Assembly: GCA_037133435.1 (NCBI GenBank)
Contig: JBAXOD010000001.1
Span: forward strand, 30,979-94,978
Direction of reading: 5' to 3'
Origin: Candidatus Moraniibacteriota bacterium
GTDB taxonomy: Bacteria > Patescibacteriota > Minisyncoccia > Moranbacterales > UBA1568
Length of the DNA stretch: 64,000 nucleotides
The notes under the pieces were generated by a model, which was not told the origin of the DNA, did no database searches, and saw only the letters and a list, made by a program, of their open reading frames with translations. Of the stretch, positions 10,734-20,610 are shown one piece after another (position 1 is the first letter of the stretch; every line of letters starts with the position of its first letter). Both the position numbers and the translations under genes were made by a program.

Positions 10734-10925
10734 TTGCCGCGGATGATTACATCCTCGCAAAGACAGACAGGGAGTAGGTCAGAGATAATCAGCCTCCGGC
10801 AAGGCTACGGCGTGGCAAAGCAGGGAACAGATACCGGAAAGAATGGGATAACCACGGGGATTTGTCGGCGGCGGACTGATAAAGACAGCTTTCAATCGGA
10901 GATAATCAGTTTATGATGGAAAAAT

Positions 10926-11489
10926 ATGAAACAGTTTTCAACGGCTTTGGTGATAGGGCTTATGGTTGTGTCGGGCATTGTCGGTATCGGCATCGGGTAT
11001 GCGTATACGCCGGAATATATGTTTTCCGCGTATGATAGGAATACGATGGATCTCGGGGTGGCGGACCGTTGGCTCGATTTGCGATATATGAACTCCATGA
11101 TAGCGCATCACCGCGGTGCGATGCTGCTTGCAGAACAGGCCAGGCAGAGCACACGGCCGGAAATTCAGGAGCTTTCCAAAGAAATCCTTGCGAATGAGCC
11201 GGTGTCGATCGCCGAACTTACCGCATGGAAAAAGGCGTGGTACGGTGATAGTCGTCCGGTGGCGGACCCGGTGGTCCCGAAACTCGGGTCGTATGATGGG
11301 ACGTTCGACCTCCGATTCCTGAATGCGCTTATCGCACATCATAAGAACGGAATCCTTATGACCAAGGATGTGAGGATTAAGTCGATCCGTTCCGAAATCC
11401 TGAATAATGCCGATACGGTCGAAGCGTTCCTTTCAGACAGCGGTGCCATGCTCACGAAATGGAGAAGTGACTGGTACGACATACAATAA
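10926..11489 (+). CDS. DUF305 (CopM-like) metal-binding protein
   Basis: Two D.R....MIAHH.GA/I..M repeats; N-terminal TM helix. Confidence 0.85.
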   Translation: MKQFSTALVIGLMVVSGIVGIGIGYAYTPEYMFSAYDRNTMDLGVADRWLDLRYMNSMIAHHRGAMLLAEQARQSTRPEIQELSKEILANEPVSIAELTAWKKAWYGDSRPVADPVVPKLGSYDGTFDLRFLNALIAHHKNGILMTKDVRIKSIRSEILNNADTVEAFLSDSGAMLTKWRSDWYDIQ

Positions 11490-11495
11490 TCCCTT

Positions 11496-13769
11496 ATGAG
11501 TGAGAAAAAATATCACGTGAACGGAATGCATTGCGCGAGTTGCGCGACGATCGTCGGGAAAAGCCTAAAGCGCATCGAGGGTGTGACCCGCGCCGAGGTC
11601 AATTTTGCTACCGAAGAAGCCCGATTGGATACCGGGACAGCGGATATCCCGCTGGAGCGCCTGAATGAGACGCTTCGTAAGATCGGATACGGTCTTTCCG
11701 AGAAGGAGTCCGATCAGGGATCTGATGACTCCTCAACTGTTTCGACGACCGAGCGGGACGGAAAGAGTGCCCTTCACGAGCAGGAAGAAAAAATGCGGTT
11801 CATGGTTCCGATCACCGTACTCGTTTTTCTTATCATGATGTGGGATATCGCCGTACAGGCATTTCCCTTTGTCCCGAATCTTCCATTACCGATGGGCTTG
11901 TTTTCGGTCATATCGATGGTGTTGTCCGCGGTCGTGATGTTCTGGGTCGGTAACCGGTTCCTTGCCGGCGTGATACGATTTTTCCGATACGGAGCCGCCG
12001 ACATGGATACCTTGATCGGCATCGGAACGTTGGCTGCGTTTCTTTTCAGTTCGTTCATCACCCTTTTCCCGGAAATCTCACGGGCACTGCGTCTTCCGAA
12101 CGTGACGTATTTCGATGCGGTCATCGTCGTCATCGGTTTCGTGACCTTGGGGAAATATCTCGAGGCGCGATCGAAGCAACGGACGGGGGACGCCTTGAAG
12201 AAGCTGATCGGTCTGCAGGCGAAGACCGCTGTGGTCATCCGTGACGGCAAAGAGACGGAGATCGCGATCACTCAGGTCCTGAGGGGCGATCTGGTCGTCG
12301 TGAAGCCGGGATCGCGCATTCCGGTGGATGGCGTCGTTACGGAAGGATCCTCGTTCGTCGACGAGTCGATGGTGACGGGAGAGCCGATGCCCGTACGAAA
12401 AGAGGCGGGAGACAGTGTGGCTTCCGGTACGGTCAATACGATGGGATCATTCACGTTTGAGGCGAAAAAGATTGGCGAGGAGACGCTTCTTTCGGGCATA
12501 ATCCGGATGGTGGAGGACGCGCAGGGGAGTAAGGCGCCGATTCAGGCGCTTGCGGACAAGATCTCGGGCGTGTTCGTGCCGGTCGTCTTGGGAATCGCGT
12601 TCCTTTCCCTGGGCGTATGGCTCGTTGTCGGTTCGCGGTACCTCGGTTTTTCGCAGGCACTCTCATTCGGCCTCTCGTCCTTTGTCGGGGTGCTGGTCAT
12701 CGCGTGTCCGTGCGCGCTCGGTTTGGCGACGCCGACCGCCATCATCGTCGGGGTCGGCAAGGGTGCCAGGGAGGGTATTCTTATCAAGGACGCGGCCACG
12801 CTCGAACGGCTTCAGAAGGCGACGGTCATGGTGTTCGACAAGACGGGTACGATCACCGAAGGGAAGCCGAAGCTCGTATCCGTGCTCAATCAGTCCGATC
12901 GAAGCGATGAAGAATTGATCTCGATCCTTGCCTCACTCGAGAGCCGGTCGGAGCATCCGATCGCCCATGCGATCGTATCGAGCGCGACCGAAAAGGCCAT
13001 CGGTTTCGGCTCTGTCGAGGAATTTTCGGCGGTCGAAGGGAAAGGGGTCCGTGGTCGTGTCGGCGGCGTCACCTATTATGCGGGGAATACGCGTCTGGTC
13101 GACGATCTCGGTCTCACCTTCGATTCGGGATCGATCAAGGAGTCGACTTCCGAAGGGAAAACGCCGGTCGTCCTTTCGACGGAGAAAGAAGTTCTCGGAA
13201 TCTTCATGGTGGCGGACGCAGTCAAATCGGAAGCGAAAGAAGCCGTTTCCAAGTTGCACTCGCTCGATATGAAAGTGGTCATGTTGACGGGGGACGACGC
13301 GGATACGGCGAGATATATCGCCGATCAGGCGGGAATAGACGAGGTCGTGGCAGGAGTCCTGCCCCAGGGGAAATATGCGAAGATACGGGAGCTGCAATCC
13401 GAAGGGTATATCGTGGCTATGGCGGGAGACGGTATCAATGACGCGCCAGCCTTGGCGGCCGCCGATATCGGCATTGCCATGGGCACCGGAACGGATGTGG
13501 CGATCGAGACGGCGGGTATGACGCTTTTGCATGGTGACATATCGAAGCTGGTCAAAGCGGTCCGGTTGTCGAAGCTGACCATGCGTGGCATCAGACAGAA
13601 CCTGTTCTGGGCGTTCGCGTACAATGTCATCGGTATCCCGTTCGCGGCCGGGCTCTTCTATCCGCTGTTCGGTATTACGCTGAACCCGGTGTTCGCGGGA
13701 CTCGCGATGGCATTCTCGAGCGTATCGGTCGTCGGGAACTCGCTCCGGCTCAGGACGAAACGTCTCTGA
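11496..13769 (+). CDS. copA: Copper-translocating P1B-type ATPase
   Basis: [42 protein letters not shown] and MAFSS motifs. Confidence 0.97.
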   Translation: MSEKKYHVNGMHCASCATIVGKSLKRIEGVTRAEVNFATEEARLDTGTADIPLERLNETLRKIGYGLSEKESDQGSDDSSTVSTTERDGKSALHEQEEKMRFMVPITVLVFLIMMWDIAVQAFPFVPNLPLPMGLFSVISMVLSAVVMFWVGNRFLAGVIRFFRYGAADMDTLIGIGTLAAFLFSSFITLFPEISRALRLPNVTYFDAVIVVIGFVTLGKYLEARSKQRTGDALKKLIGLQAKTAVVIRDGKETEIAITQVLRGDLVVVKPGSRIPVDGVVTEGSSFVDESMVTGEPMPVRKEAGDSVASGTVNTMGSFTFEAKKIGEETLLSGIIRMVEDAQGSKAPIQALADKISGVFVPVVLGIAFLSLGVWLVVGSRYLGFSQALSFGLSSFVGVLVIACPCALGLATPTAIIVGVGKGAREGILIKDAATLERLQKATVMVFDKTGTITEGKPKLVSVLNQSDRSDEELISILASLESRSEHPIAHAIVSSATEKAIGFGSVEEFSAVEGKGVRGRVGGVTYYAGNTRLVDDLGLTFDSGSIKESTSEGKTPVVLSTEKEVLGIFMVADAVKSEAKEAVSKLHSLDMKVVMLTGDDADTARYIADQAGIDEVVAGVLPQGKYAKIRELQSEGYIVAMAGDGINDAPALAAADIGIAMGTGTDVAIETAGMTLLHGDISKLVKAVRLSKLTMRGIRQNLFWAFAYNVIGIPFAAGLFYPLFGITLNPVFAGLAMAFSSVSVVGNSLRLRTKRL

Positions 13770-13873
13770 TAACCTACTGACAACGTACGACCGACAACAT
13801 ACAATGTACAACGGGAAAAAAAGAAGAATAGCAACTGACAATGGTAACAATAGAGCGATTAAGCATGTATCCT

Positions 13874-14893
13874 ATGAAAACATACACGTTCCATGCGACC
13901 GGCATGCACTGCAAGGCATGCACGATGCTTATCGAGAGCGAACTTGCCGAAGTCGAGGGGGTCGATTCGGTGAAGGCGTCCTTGTCGGACGCCAGAGTGC
14001 AAGTGACCGGGGAGTTCGGCGACCGTGAGGAAGATCGAATCGCGCACGATCTGAGCGAGACACTCAAGGCACACGGCTATACGCTTTCGACCGAAAAGGA
14101 TACTCACGTGCCGAAATGGTCCGAGTTCACGTTCGCCGCACCGATCGCGCTCGTCCTGATAGGAGTCTTTTTCGGCTTGCAACGACTCGGAGTGGTGAAT
14201 CTGGTCACGTCGTCGGATGTGGGGTTCGGATCGGCATTCCTGATCGGGATCGTCGCATCGCTCTCGTCTTGCATGGCGATGGTCGGCGGGCTCGTACTAT
14301 CGTTGTCCGCGAATTTCGCCAAGGAAGGGGAAACCTTCCGGCCACAAGCGCTGTTTCATGTCGGGCGGCTGGGATCGTTCTTTCTCCTCGGCGGTGTCAT
14401 CGGATCGCTCGGGTCGGTGTTCCAGATAGGCGGAACCGGAACAGCTGCGCTCGGATTTCTCGTGGCGCTCGTGCTCATCATTCTCGGTATCAATCTCCTT
14501 GATGTGTTCCCGTGGGCGAGGAAACTCCAGCCGTCCATGCCGGCCTTCATCGGCAAACGGATGCATGGCGTGAAGGAACTCAATCATACGCTCACCCCTC
14601 TCTTGGCCGGAATCGTCACCTTCTTCCTTCCGTGCGGGTTCACGCAGTCGATGCAGCTCTATGCGCTTTCGACCGGCAGTTTTTCGGAGGGCGCGATCAC
14701 GATGTCCGCGTTCGCGCTCGGCACGTTGCCCGTCCTTGCACTGCTGAGTTTCAGCTCGATCGGTATCGGGAAAGGGGCGCGATCCGGGATATTCTTCAAG
14801 GCTGCAGGACTCCTGGTCATTTTTTTCGGGATATTCAATCTCCTGAACGGGCTGGCGAGTCTGGGAATCATCGCTCCGGTATTCAATTTCTAA
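13874..14893 (+). CDS. HMA domain plus DsbD_2/TauE-like membrane protein
   Basis: GMHCKAC; SSCMAMVGG; FFLPCGFTQ; multiple TM helices. Start could also be 13865. Confidence 0.85.
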   Translation: MKTYTFHATGMHCKACTMLIESELAEVEGVDSVKASLSDARVQVTGEFGDREEDRIAHDLSETLKAHGYTLSTEKDTHVPKWSEFTFAAPIALVLIGVFFGLQRLGVVNLVTSSDVGFGSAFLIGIVASLSSCMAMVGGLVLSLSANFAKEGETFRPQALFHVGRLGSFFLLGGVIGSLGSVFQIGGTGTAALGFLVALVLIILGINLLDVFPWARKLQPSMPAFIGKRMHGVKELNHTLTPLLAGIVTFFLPCGFTQSMQLYALSTGSFSEGAITMSAFALGTLPVLALLSFSSIGIGKGARSGIFFKAAGLLVIFFGIFNLLNGLASLGIIAPVFNF

Positions 14894-14911
14894 TCATCAA
14901 TCGGCAAGAAT

Positions 14912-15328
14912 ATGAAAAAAAACATAATGACCGTTATCGCCGTGATTGTTTTTGGAATCGTCGCGATCGGAGCGGGGATGTACCTTGGAGTGATCTCAAA
15001 CGGCACCTCTTCGAAATCATCGCAAAAAATAGTGGGAAAAACACCCGAGGTGAACGCGGACGGGAAGCAGATCATCGAGATCGCGGTCAAAGGGGGATAC
15101 TCGCCCAAGTCGATCACGGCCACAGCCGGTATGCCGACCGTCCTCCGTTTCGTCACGGACAACACGTTTGACTGTTCGTCGTCGCTCTCCATTCCGGCAA
15201 TCAACTATCGAAAGAACCTCCCGCGCACCGGCACGACGGACGTCGACGTCCCCGCACAGACCGCCGGGACCACGCTCCGCGGCTCGTGCTCGATGGGTAT
15301 GTACAGCTTCACGGTGAATTTCGAATAA
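14912..15328 (+). CDS. Membrane-anchored cupredoxin (CupA-like)
   Basis: GGYSP..I, FDCSS and CSMGM motifs; TM anchor. Confidence 0.85.
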   Translation: MKKNIMTVIAVIVFGIVAIGAGMYLGVISNGTSSKSSQKIVGKTPEVNADGKQIIEIAVKGGYSPKSITATAGMPTVLRFVTDNTFDCSSSLSIPAINYRKNLPRTGTTDVDVPAQTAGTTLRGSCSMGMYSFTVNFE

Positions 15329-15377
15329 GGTGTCATCCAAGGTCGTTCTTTGATTATTTTTGATCGCTCATATATAC

Positions 15378-15389
15378 TTGAGTAGTCAA
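15378..15389. promoter_or_regulatory. Putative MarR operator
   Basis: TTGA-GTAG-TCAA palindrome 17 bp upstream of the MarR start. Confidence 0.4.
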
Positions 15390-15406
15390 ACATTAATCAG
15401 GCAGAT

Positions 15407-15835
15407 ATGGAAACACTCTCATCGTCAGTACGGTTTTTCATCGATATGGCAAAGGTGGCTGCGGTCGTGAATCGGCGCTTCGACAATGGTCTCGGGGGAC
15501 TCGGGTTCACCGAGTTCATCATATTGTCACATTTGTCCGAGGCAGGGAGCGCAGGCATTCGTCGCATCGATTTGGCCGAGAAGGTCGGATTGACCGCGTC
15601 CGGCATCACTCGATTGTTGCTGCCGATGGAGAAGATCGGCCTCGTAAAGAAGGAAGTCAACAAGGACGACGCGCGGAGCAGTCTGGTCATGATCGCCCCG
15701 GGCGGCAAGCGGAAGCTCGAGGAGGGAATCGAACGGGCGGAACTTCTGGCCGACGAGATCATACCGTCTGGGAAGAAAGGAGAGATGCGTGAACTATCGT
15801 CGTTACTTACCGGTTTAGGGAAGGCTATCAGATAA
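15407..15835 (+). CDS. MarR family regulator
   Basis: wHTH DLAEKVGLTASGITRLL..MEKIGLV...DAR. Confidence 0.88.
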   Translation: METLSSSVRFFIDMAKVAAVVNRRFDNGLGGLGFTEFIILSHLSEAGSAGIRRIDLAEKVGLTASGITRLLLPMEKIGLVKKEVNKDDARSSLVMIAPGGKRKLEEGIERAELLADEIIPSGKKGEMRELSSLLTGLGKAIR

Positions 15836-15848
15836 ACGAATATCCGAT

Positions 15849-16346
15849 ATGTTCATCGTGCGGAAAATAGTACCGATAGCTGTCCTGAGTTATGTTCTTA
15901 ATCTCGCGTGGGAAATGTCGCAGGCGTTCCTGTTCGCGCCGCATTTTTCCGGAGCGGTCGATTTCATTTTCATACACGTCGTGGTGGCATTCACGGACGT
16001 GATGCTTACGCTCCTCATCTTGTTCCCGGAATTTTTCCTCTTCGATCGGATTTTTCGGAAAGGAGATGAATGGAAGCGGATCGTTCTGACTGCCTCGCTC
16101 GGTTTCCTCATCGCGGTCGGTATCGAACGGTACGCCCTTTCGACCGGCATGTGGGCATATGGCTCCTTTATGCCGATCATCCCGCTTCTCGGTGTCGGGC
16201 TTACACCGGTATTGCAGATGACGGTGCTTCCCGGAGTTATCATACGTATTCAAAAGGGGGCGTCGTCATGGATAAGGGTCGTGCGAAACATTGACGCGGT
16301 CAAACAGCGAAAGGAAACGACAACGATATTTGACGCGAGGCTCTGA
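15849..16346 (+). CDS. Hypothetical integral membrane protein
   Basis: About four hydrophobic segments; NLAWE and W.Y...MP..P..GVGL.P..Q motifs. Confidence 0.7.
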   Translation: MFIVRKIVPIAVLSYVLNLAWEMSQAFLFAPHFSGAVDFIFIHVVVAFTDVMLTLLILFPEFFLFDRIFRKGDEWKRIVLTASLGFLIAVGIERYALSTGMWAYGSFMPIIPLLGVGLTPVLQMTVLPGVIIRIQKGASSWIRVVRNIDAVKQRKETTTIFDARL

Positions 16347-16413
16347 TAAGCGTATCCTGGTATGTGGCAGTTGCAAGGATGCCATCGTCATTTAAAAAAC
16401 AAAAAAAGGGAAA

Positions 16414-16884
16414 ATGAGAAAAAAAGCAGAAATAGAAACGGATACTATACGTATGGAAAATCTCAAGATCTTTTACATTCTCGGGAATCGGATGAGCAGC
16501 GAATGGTTTATGAGCGCCTTGGATAAGAGCTTTTCGGGACCGAGTGATCTTATTCTGGAAAGTAATGTTTCCGGAAAATATCGTATTGATTGTACTGATA
16601 TTAAAAAAAAGGGGAAAGAGAAACAGTTTCGAAGGTTGGTTTCACAAGGCCTGTTCTGGGAAATATCGGGTCAGATGGCGGAATCGATCGAGGAGGATAC
16701 GTTGGCGACCGCAATCAAGATCAATCATCGGGGGTATGTGTTCACATTTCGCATCGTGAGTTACGAACTCGGAGAGGATGTTTGTTGTGAGAATGTCGAG
16801 GATCTGATCATCGAAATCGCTGAGAATACTGTGGCCGAACAACCGATTTCACGTACCGTGGAATTGAAAGTGATGGCTGCCTGA
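16414..16884 (+). CDS. Hypothetical protein, orphan paralog family member 1
   Basis: Aligns by eye with 17874..18281; followed by a terminator hairpin at 16888-16920. Confidence 0.7.
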   Translation: MRKKAEIETDTIRMENLKIFYILGNRMSSEWFMSALDKSFSGPSDLILESNVSGKYRIDCTDIKKKGKEKQFRRLVSQGLFWEISGQMAESIEEDTLATAIKINHRGYVFTFRIVSYELGEDVCCENVEDLIIEIAENTVAEQPISRTVELKVMAA

Positions 16885-17356
16885 GTGGCCCATCGGCAGG
16901 AACCTGCTCGATGGGTTTTTGTCTTTCATACTCAGTATCTATTTCAAATTTCACCACCATTCTATGCCGAAAAGAGGGCTTGTCGGCCGAAATCCGAAAA
17001 TTTCGGCTGCTCGCCGGAATCGCAACCGGAAGCGTTGCAGACCGATAAACCATTCAATATGCAAGCCATACTGACTTGCATAGCCTGGAAACCGATCCTC
17101 TGACGAAATCGATCCCGTGGTAACCGTACGGGAAGCTTTACGCATGAGGCCGTGCATATTTGTCCTTGAACGCCAGGAGGCTAATTTGCAAAAAGGCAGC
17201 AATTATCATATTATTTATCGGTAGTGACGGGTTCGGGCCCTTGGTTGCAGGTCGATGCGATGGGGATGTCCGAAAGGATCCGCACGAAATAATAAATCGG
17301 TAACAGAAAATTCGTATCCTGGCACGCCGTCGGCGGACAGGGACGGACACAACGTT

Positions 17357-17638
17357 ATGGCAAAGCTCACGAAGTCACAGCTGTTGACGACGCTCTCGGA
17401 GAAGACAGGTCTTTCGAAGAAGGATATCGGCGGCGCGCTCGACGCGCTCGCGGCGCTCGCGTACAAGGAGGTCAAGAAGAACGGGGAATTCGTGCTCCCG
17501 GGATTCGGAAAGATGGTGAAGGCCAAGCGCAAGGCACGTATGGGCGTGAACCCGGCGACCGGGGCCAAGATCAAGATCGCGGCCAAGACCGTGGTCAAGT
17601 TCCGCCTCGCCAAGGCTGCCAAGGACGCCGTCCTCTAG
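17357..17638 (+). CDS. hup: HU family DNA-binding protein
   Basis: LPGFGK...RKARMGVNPATG..IKI..K.VVKF; strongly biased codon usage; start at ATG 17357. Confidence 0.95.
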   Translation: MAKLTKSQLLTTLSEKTGLSKKDIGGALDALAALAYKEVKKNGEFVLPGFGKMVKAKRKARMGVNPATGAKIKIAAKTVVKFRLAKAAKDAVL

Positions 17639-17664
17639 ATATAACGACGATTTCGATAGTGCTG

Positions 17665-17693
17665 ACCCCGCCTCTTTCGAGAGGCGGGGTTTT
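17665..17693 (+). terminator. Intrinsic terminator of hup
   Basis: ACCCCGCCTCT-TTCG-AGAGGCGGGGT followed by TTT. Confidence 0.85.
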
Positions 17694-17873
17694 GCTTGTC
17701 TTTCGCTTATGGTATATGAGGCGCGCTTGACAGTCGGGGAGTGAGGTGATAGTCTGCCGTGTCGGATATCGTTCGACGAAAAAGAGCCTTTTAATAAACC
17801 ATAAATAGCGGAGGTCCACATGGATTCAGTCACAGTCGCGCGCAACAATCATTTGTTCTATTATCTCCCGGTA

Positions 17874-18281
17874 ATGATGAGTATGATCAAGGATGATTTT
17901 CTGAGTGCTGTTTTGCGAAGCATAACCGACCCTGCACAATATGGAATCGAAGACGATAGTTTTTCTGGATATATTTTGATTGATGCAACGGATATCTCGA
18001 AAAAAGGATATCGGTCTGATTTCATCAATAAGGTCAAAGGTGATGTTAATATCTGTGGTCAAGTATCAAGAAAAATTGCAGGCTCGGTTACCGGCGATAT
18101 GAATACTGATGCCGAGGTGACTATCGATTCTTACCGATTTCAATTCAAGATCACGAAATACGAACGAGACAGGGATCATGAATGGGTCATGGTCGAGGAC
18201 CCGCTTCCTCTTCCGGAAGAGGAAGTGTTGGGCCGTTTCGTGGAACTCACGATAACGTATGTCGAGCGATCCGCTGAATAG
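17874..18281 (+). CDS. Hypothetical protein, orphan paralog family member 2
   Basis: F.SA...S...P.....E...SG...ID.TDI.KKG shared with 16414..16884. Confidence 0.7.
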   Translation: MMSMIKDDFLSAVLRSITDPAQYGIEDDSFSGYILIDATDISKKGYRSDFINKVKGDVNICGQVSRKIAGSVTGDMNTDAEVTIDSYRFQFKITKYERDRDHEWVMVEDPLPLPEEEVLGRFVELTITYVERSAE

Positions 18282-18350
18282 CAACAGTCCGCGGAGGAAT
18301 AATTGTCGAAAGTATTTTTTGGAAAACGTAAACAAACAATGGAGGATAAG

Positions 18351-18753
18351 ATGGAAATGCCAACCAGAACAGAATTTTTTATGCGCGCGGTGGTTGCGCC
18401 ATACATGTGTACTGATGCGTTTTCAGATGCTGTGTGTCGGAGCGTCTCGGAGTGTCGTGCTCTCATACGCTCATTCGGTGGTGGCGACTTCGGCGGTAGA
18501 TTTACCATTGATGTGACACCGCTTCATGAAGATGCTCGTTATTTGCGACTGTTTGTCGATCAATGTAAGTACAACAGATTTGCTGTTAAGAGTGGCACAT
18601 CAGTATTCTCTCACCAAAGGGAATGGATATTTCAGAGTGACGCAGGGGCTTTTCCATTTTGACTTCTCTCTCGGCGCAGAAGAAGATGTGAATGAGCACG
18701 TCATCTCGTTCCCGATGTATCGGGCTGTTGGATTAAGTGTCACCTTTTATTAA
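18351..18753 (+). pseudogene. Probable frameshifted third paralog of the orphan family
   Basis: GGAGG-ATG start; N-terminal half is in frame to 18662; the family-like C-terminus (LFHFDFSL...RAVGLSVTFY) lies in the +1 frame ending at 18753; terminator follows at 18760-18795. Confidence 0.5.
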
Positions 18754-18992
18754 AGGTACGTCCACCGGAAGCAAAGTCTGCTTCGGTGGACTTTTGCTTT
18801 TATGGTTACTATTCTCATGATACATTCACGGAGTACGGGGAATGAAGTGAACAAGAAATGCTTTGGCATTGAGTGACCAAGCCATCACTCGTTCTTATAG
18901 AGCCCTCATTCAAAGAGGCAGTGTACTGCGTCTTCTACTTTTCGATGTATTTGACTTCGGTTCAAGGTTGTATTAGTATCTGATTTCTAGAA

Positions 18993-19592
18993 ATGTTCAT
19001 GAACAATAACGATAAACGGGAGGAAGTCATGGAAAGATTGTTTCATTCGATCGATCTGGGTCGTGTCGTCGTCTTGCTTGTCGACATGCAGGATCGGTTC
19101 TTGGATAATCAGGATAAACGGAAGCTGATACCGGAACAGGTCGCGCTTCTAATCCGATGTAAAAAGGAGGGGATTCCGGTGATCATTGTCGAATGCGAAG
19201 GGTTCGGACAGACGAATTTCAAACTCTCCGAAGTGCTTTGTGAGATTCCGGAACGGAAAAAAATAACGGTGGTGAAACCGGATGAGGACGCGTTTGAGGG
19301 GACGGAACTCGGGGAAATACTTGAGACTCTCGGTATGAAAACGTTGCTCCTCATGGGGGTGAACGCGTGTAAATGCGTCTACAAGACGGCCGTTTCAGCA
19401 CGGAAACTCGGATATGAAATCCTCACGAGTGACACGATTGTCGCAGGGAATTGTGACGAGTATGAGCATTCCCTCCATCGGAATAATCTGTCCCGTCGTC
19501 GGGATTGTCCGGATTGCGGACAGCGGACGGGATGGTATGTGAAACGTGAAGCCGAAACCGAAGAATACTATTCGGTACTCGGTATGATTTAG
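18993..19592 (+). CDS. Isochorismatase-like cysteine hydrolase
   Basis: VDMQ, VVKP..DAF.GT and GVNACKCV catalytic-triad motifs. Confidence 0.88.
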   Translation: MFMNNNDKREEVMERLFHSIDLGRVVVLLVDMQDRFLDNQDKRKLIPEQVALLIRCKKEGIPVIIVECEGFGQTNFKLSEVLCEIPERKKITVVKPDEDAFEGTELGEILETLGMKTLLLMGVNACKCVYKTAVSARKLGYEILTSDTIVAGNCDEYEHSLHRNNLSRRRDCPDCGQRTGWYVKREAETEEYYSVLGMI

Positions 19593-19750
19593 AGCCTATC
19601 CGTCAGGGTCTCCGTCACGAGCCGTACGATCTTCGAGCGGAAAGGCGGGTAACCAGCGGAGCCCTCTCTGTAGAGAGGGCGACAAGGGGTACGCGCGTGT
19701 ACGCCGAAAATCGTAGGCGCAGGAGGTATGTTCCTAACGGATAGACTCTA
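19590..19750. mobile_element. MITE-like element with 18-bp terminal inverted repeats
   Basis: TAGAGCCTATCCGTCAGG ... CCTAACGGATAGACTCTA (2 mismatches), TA at both ends, internal hairpin GCCCTCTCT-GT-AGAGAGGGC, no coding capacity. Confidence 0.7.
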
Positions 19751-19820
19751 AACCCACCTATGAAAATCACAGAGGTGGGTTTTTTCTTTCTACCGTTATA
19801 AGGTCAGGAAAGAAGGTTTT

Positions 19821-20603
19821 TTACCTGAATTTTTGAACGATGAGGAATATTCCGAATGAGGAAAGAATAAGGTATAAGACAGGGTACAGGAAAGCCGGCG
19901 CATCGAAGGTCGACGGTGTGACACGGAGGAACGAATTGACGAGTCGGAAGAGGGAGAAGAGGACGACGAAGGAAAGGAAGGGGACGCCTGTCGGCGCTCT
20001 CTTGCGTATCAGGAAGGCGGAAAGTCCGGCCAGGACGAGTGCCGCGAGGAGTTCATAGAGTTCCGTCGGGTGGACCGGATCGACGACGAAGAAATTGCCG
20101 GGGTGCGTAACGAGTTGGTGTCTATGTGCCTGACTGAGAACGGGAAAGGTCACACCCCAGGGCAGCCCCGTTTCGGTGCCGAAACAGCAGCCGTTCAGGA
20201 AACATCCGATACGCATGAGCGCGATGCTTATTCCGAGGATCGGTGTCCCGCTATCGGCGAATTTCCAGGTATCGATACGGAAGAGGCGAAGCGCCAACCA
20301 CCCGACCAGGGTCGCGAGGATGATGCCGCCGAAAAGCGAGAAACCGCTCGTGCCGAAATCGGTGATCCGATCGGGATGCGAGAGGAATGCGTCTTGGTTG
20401 ATAAGGACGTTCAGAAGCCTACCGCCGATGAACGCCGCGGCGAGCATCGCGAGAAGTGTCACGGCGACCGGTTTGGTAGGAAGACCCCGATACGATGCGA
20501 ATGCGAGGGTTCCGAAAAATCCCGTAAGCGCGGCGAGCGCCATGAAAAATCCATAGGATGATATCGCCGCTCCGGAAGGGAGATGGAAGAGAATCGGATG
20601 CAT
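19821..20603 (-). CDS. lgt: Prolipoprotein diacylglyceryl transferase (Lgt) homologue
   Basis: M.P.LF, SYG, G.SLFGG, RIGCFLNGCCFG, LPWGV.FP and HPTELYE motifs. Confidence 0.85.
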   Translation of the reverse strand: MHPILFHLPSGAAISSYGFFMALAALTGFFGTLAFASYRGLPTKPVAVTLLAMLAAAFIGGRLLNVLINQDAFLSHPDRITDFGTSGFSLFGGIILATLVGWLALRLFRIDTWKFADSGTPILGISIALMRIGCFLNGCCFGTETGLPWGVTFPVLSQAHRHQLVTHPGNFFVVDPVHPTELYELLAALVLAGLSAFLIRKRAPTGVPFLSFVVLFSLFRLVNSFLRVTPSTFDAPAFLYPVLYLILSSFGIFLIVQKFR

Positions 20604-20610
20604 GGGTTCG

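Noticed and set aside
10344-15328. Copper locus as a novel system
   Set aside because: CsoR, DUF305, CopA, HMA-DsbD_2 and cupredoxin form a familiar copper-resistance arrangement.
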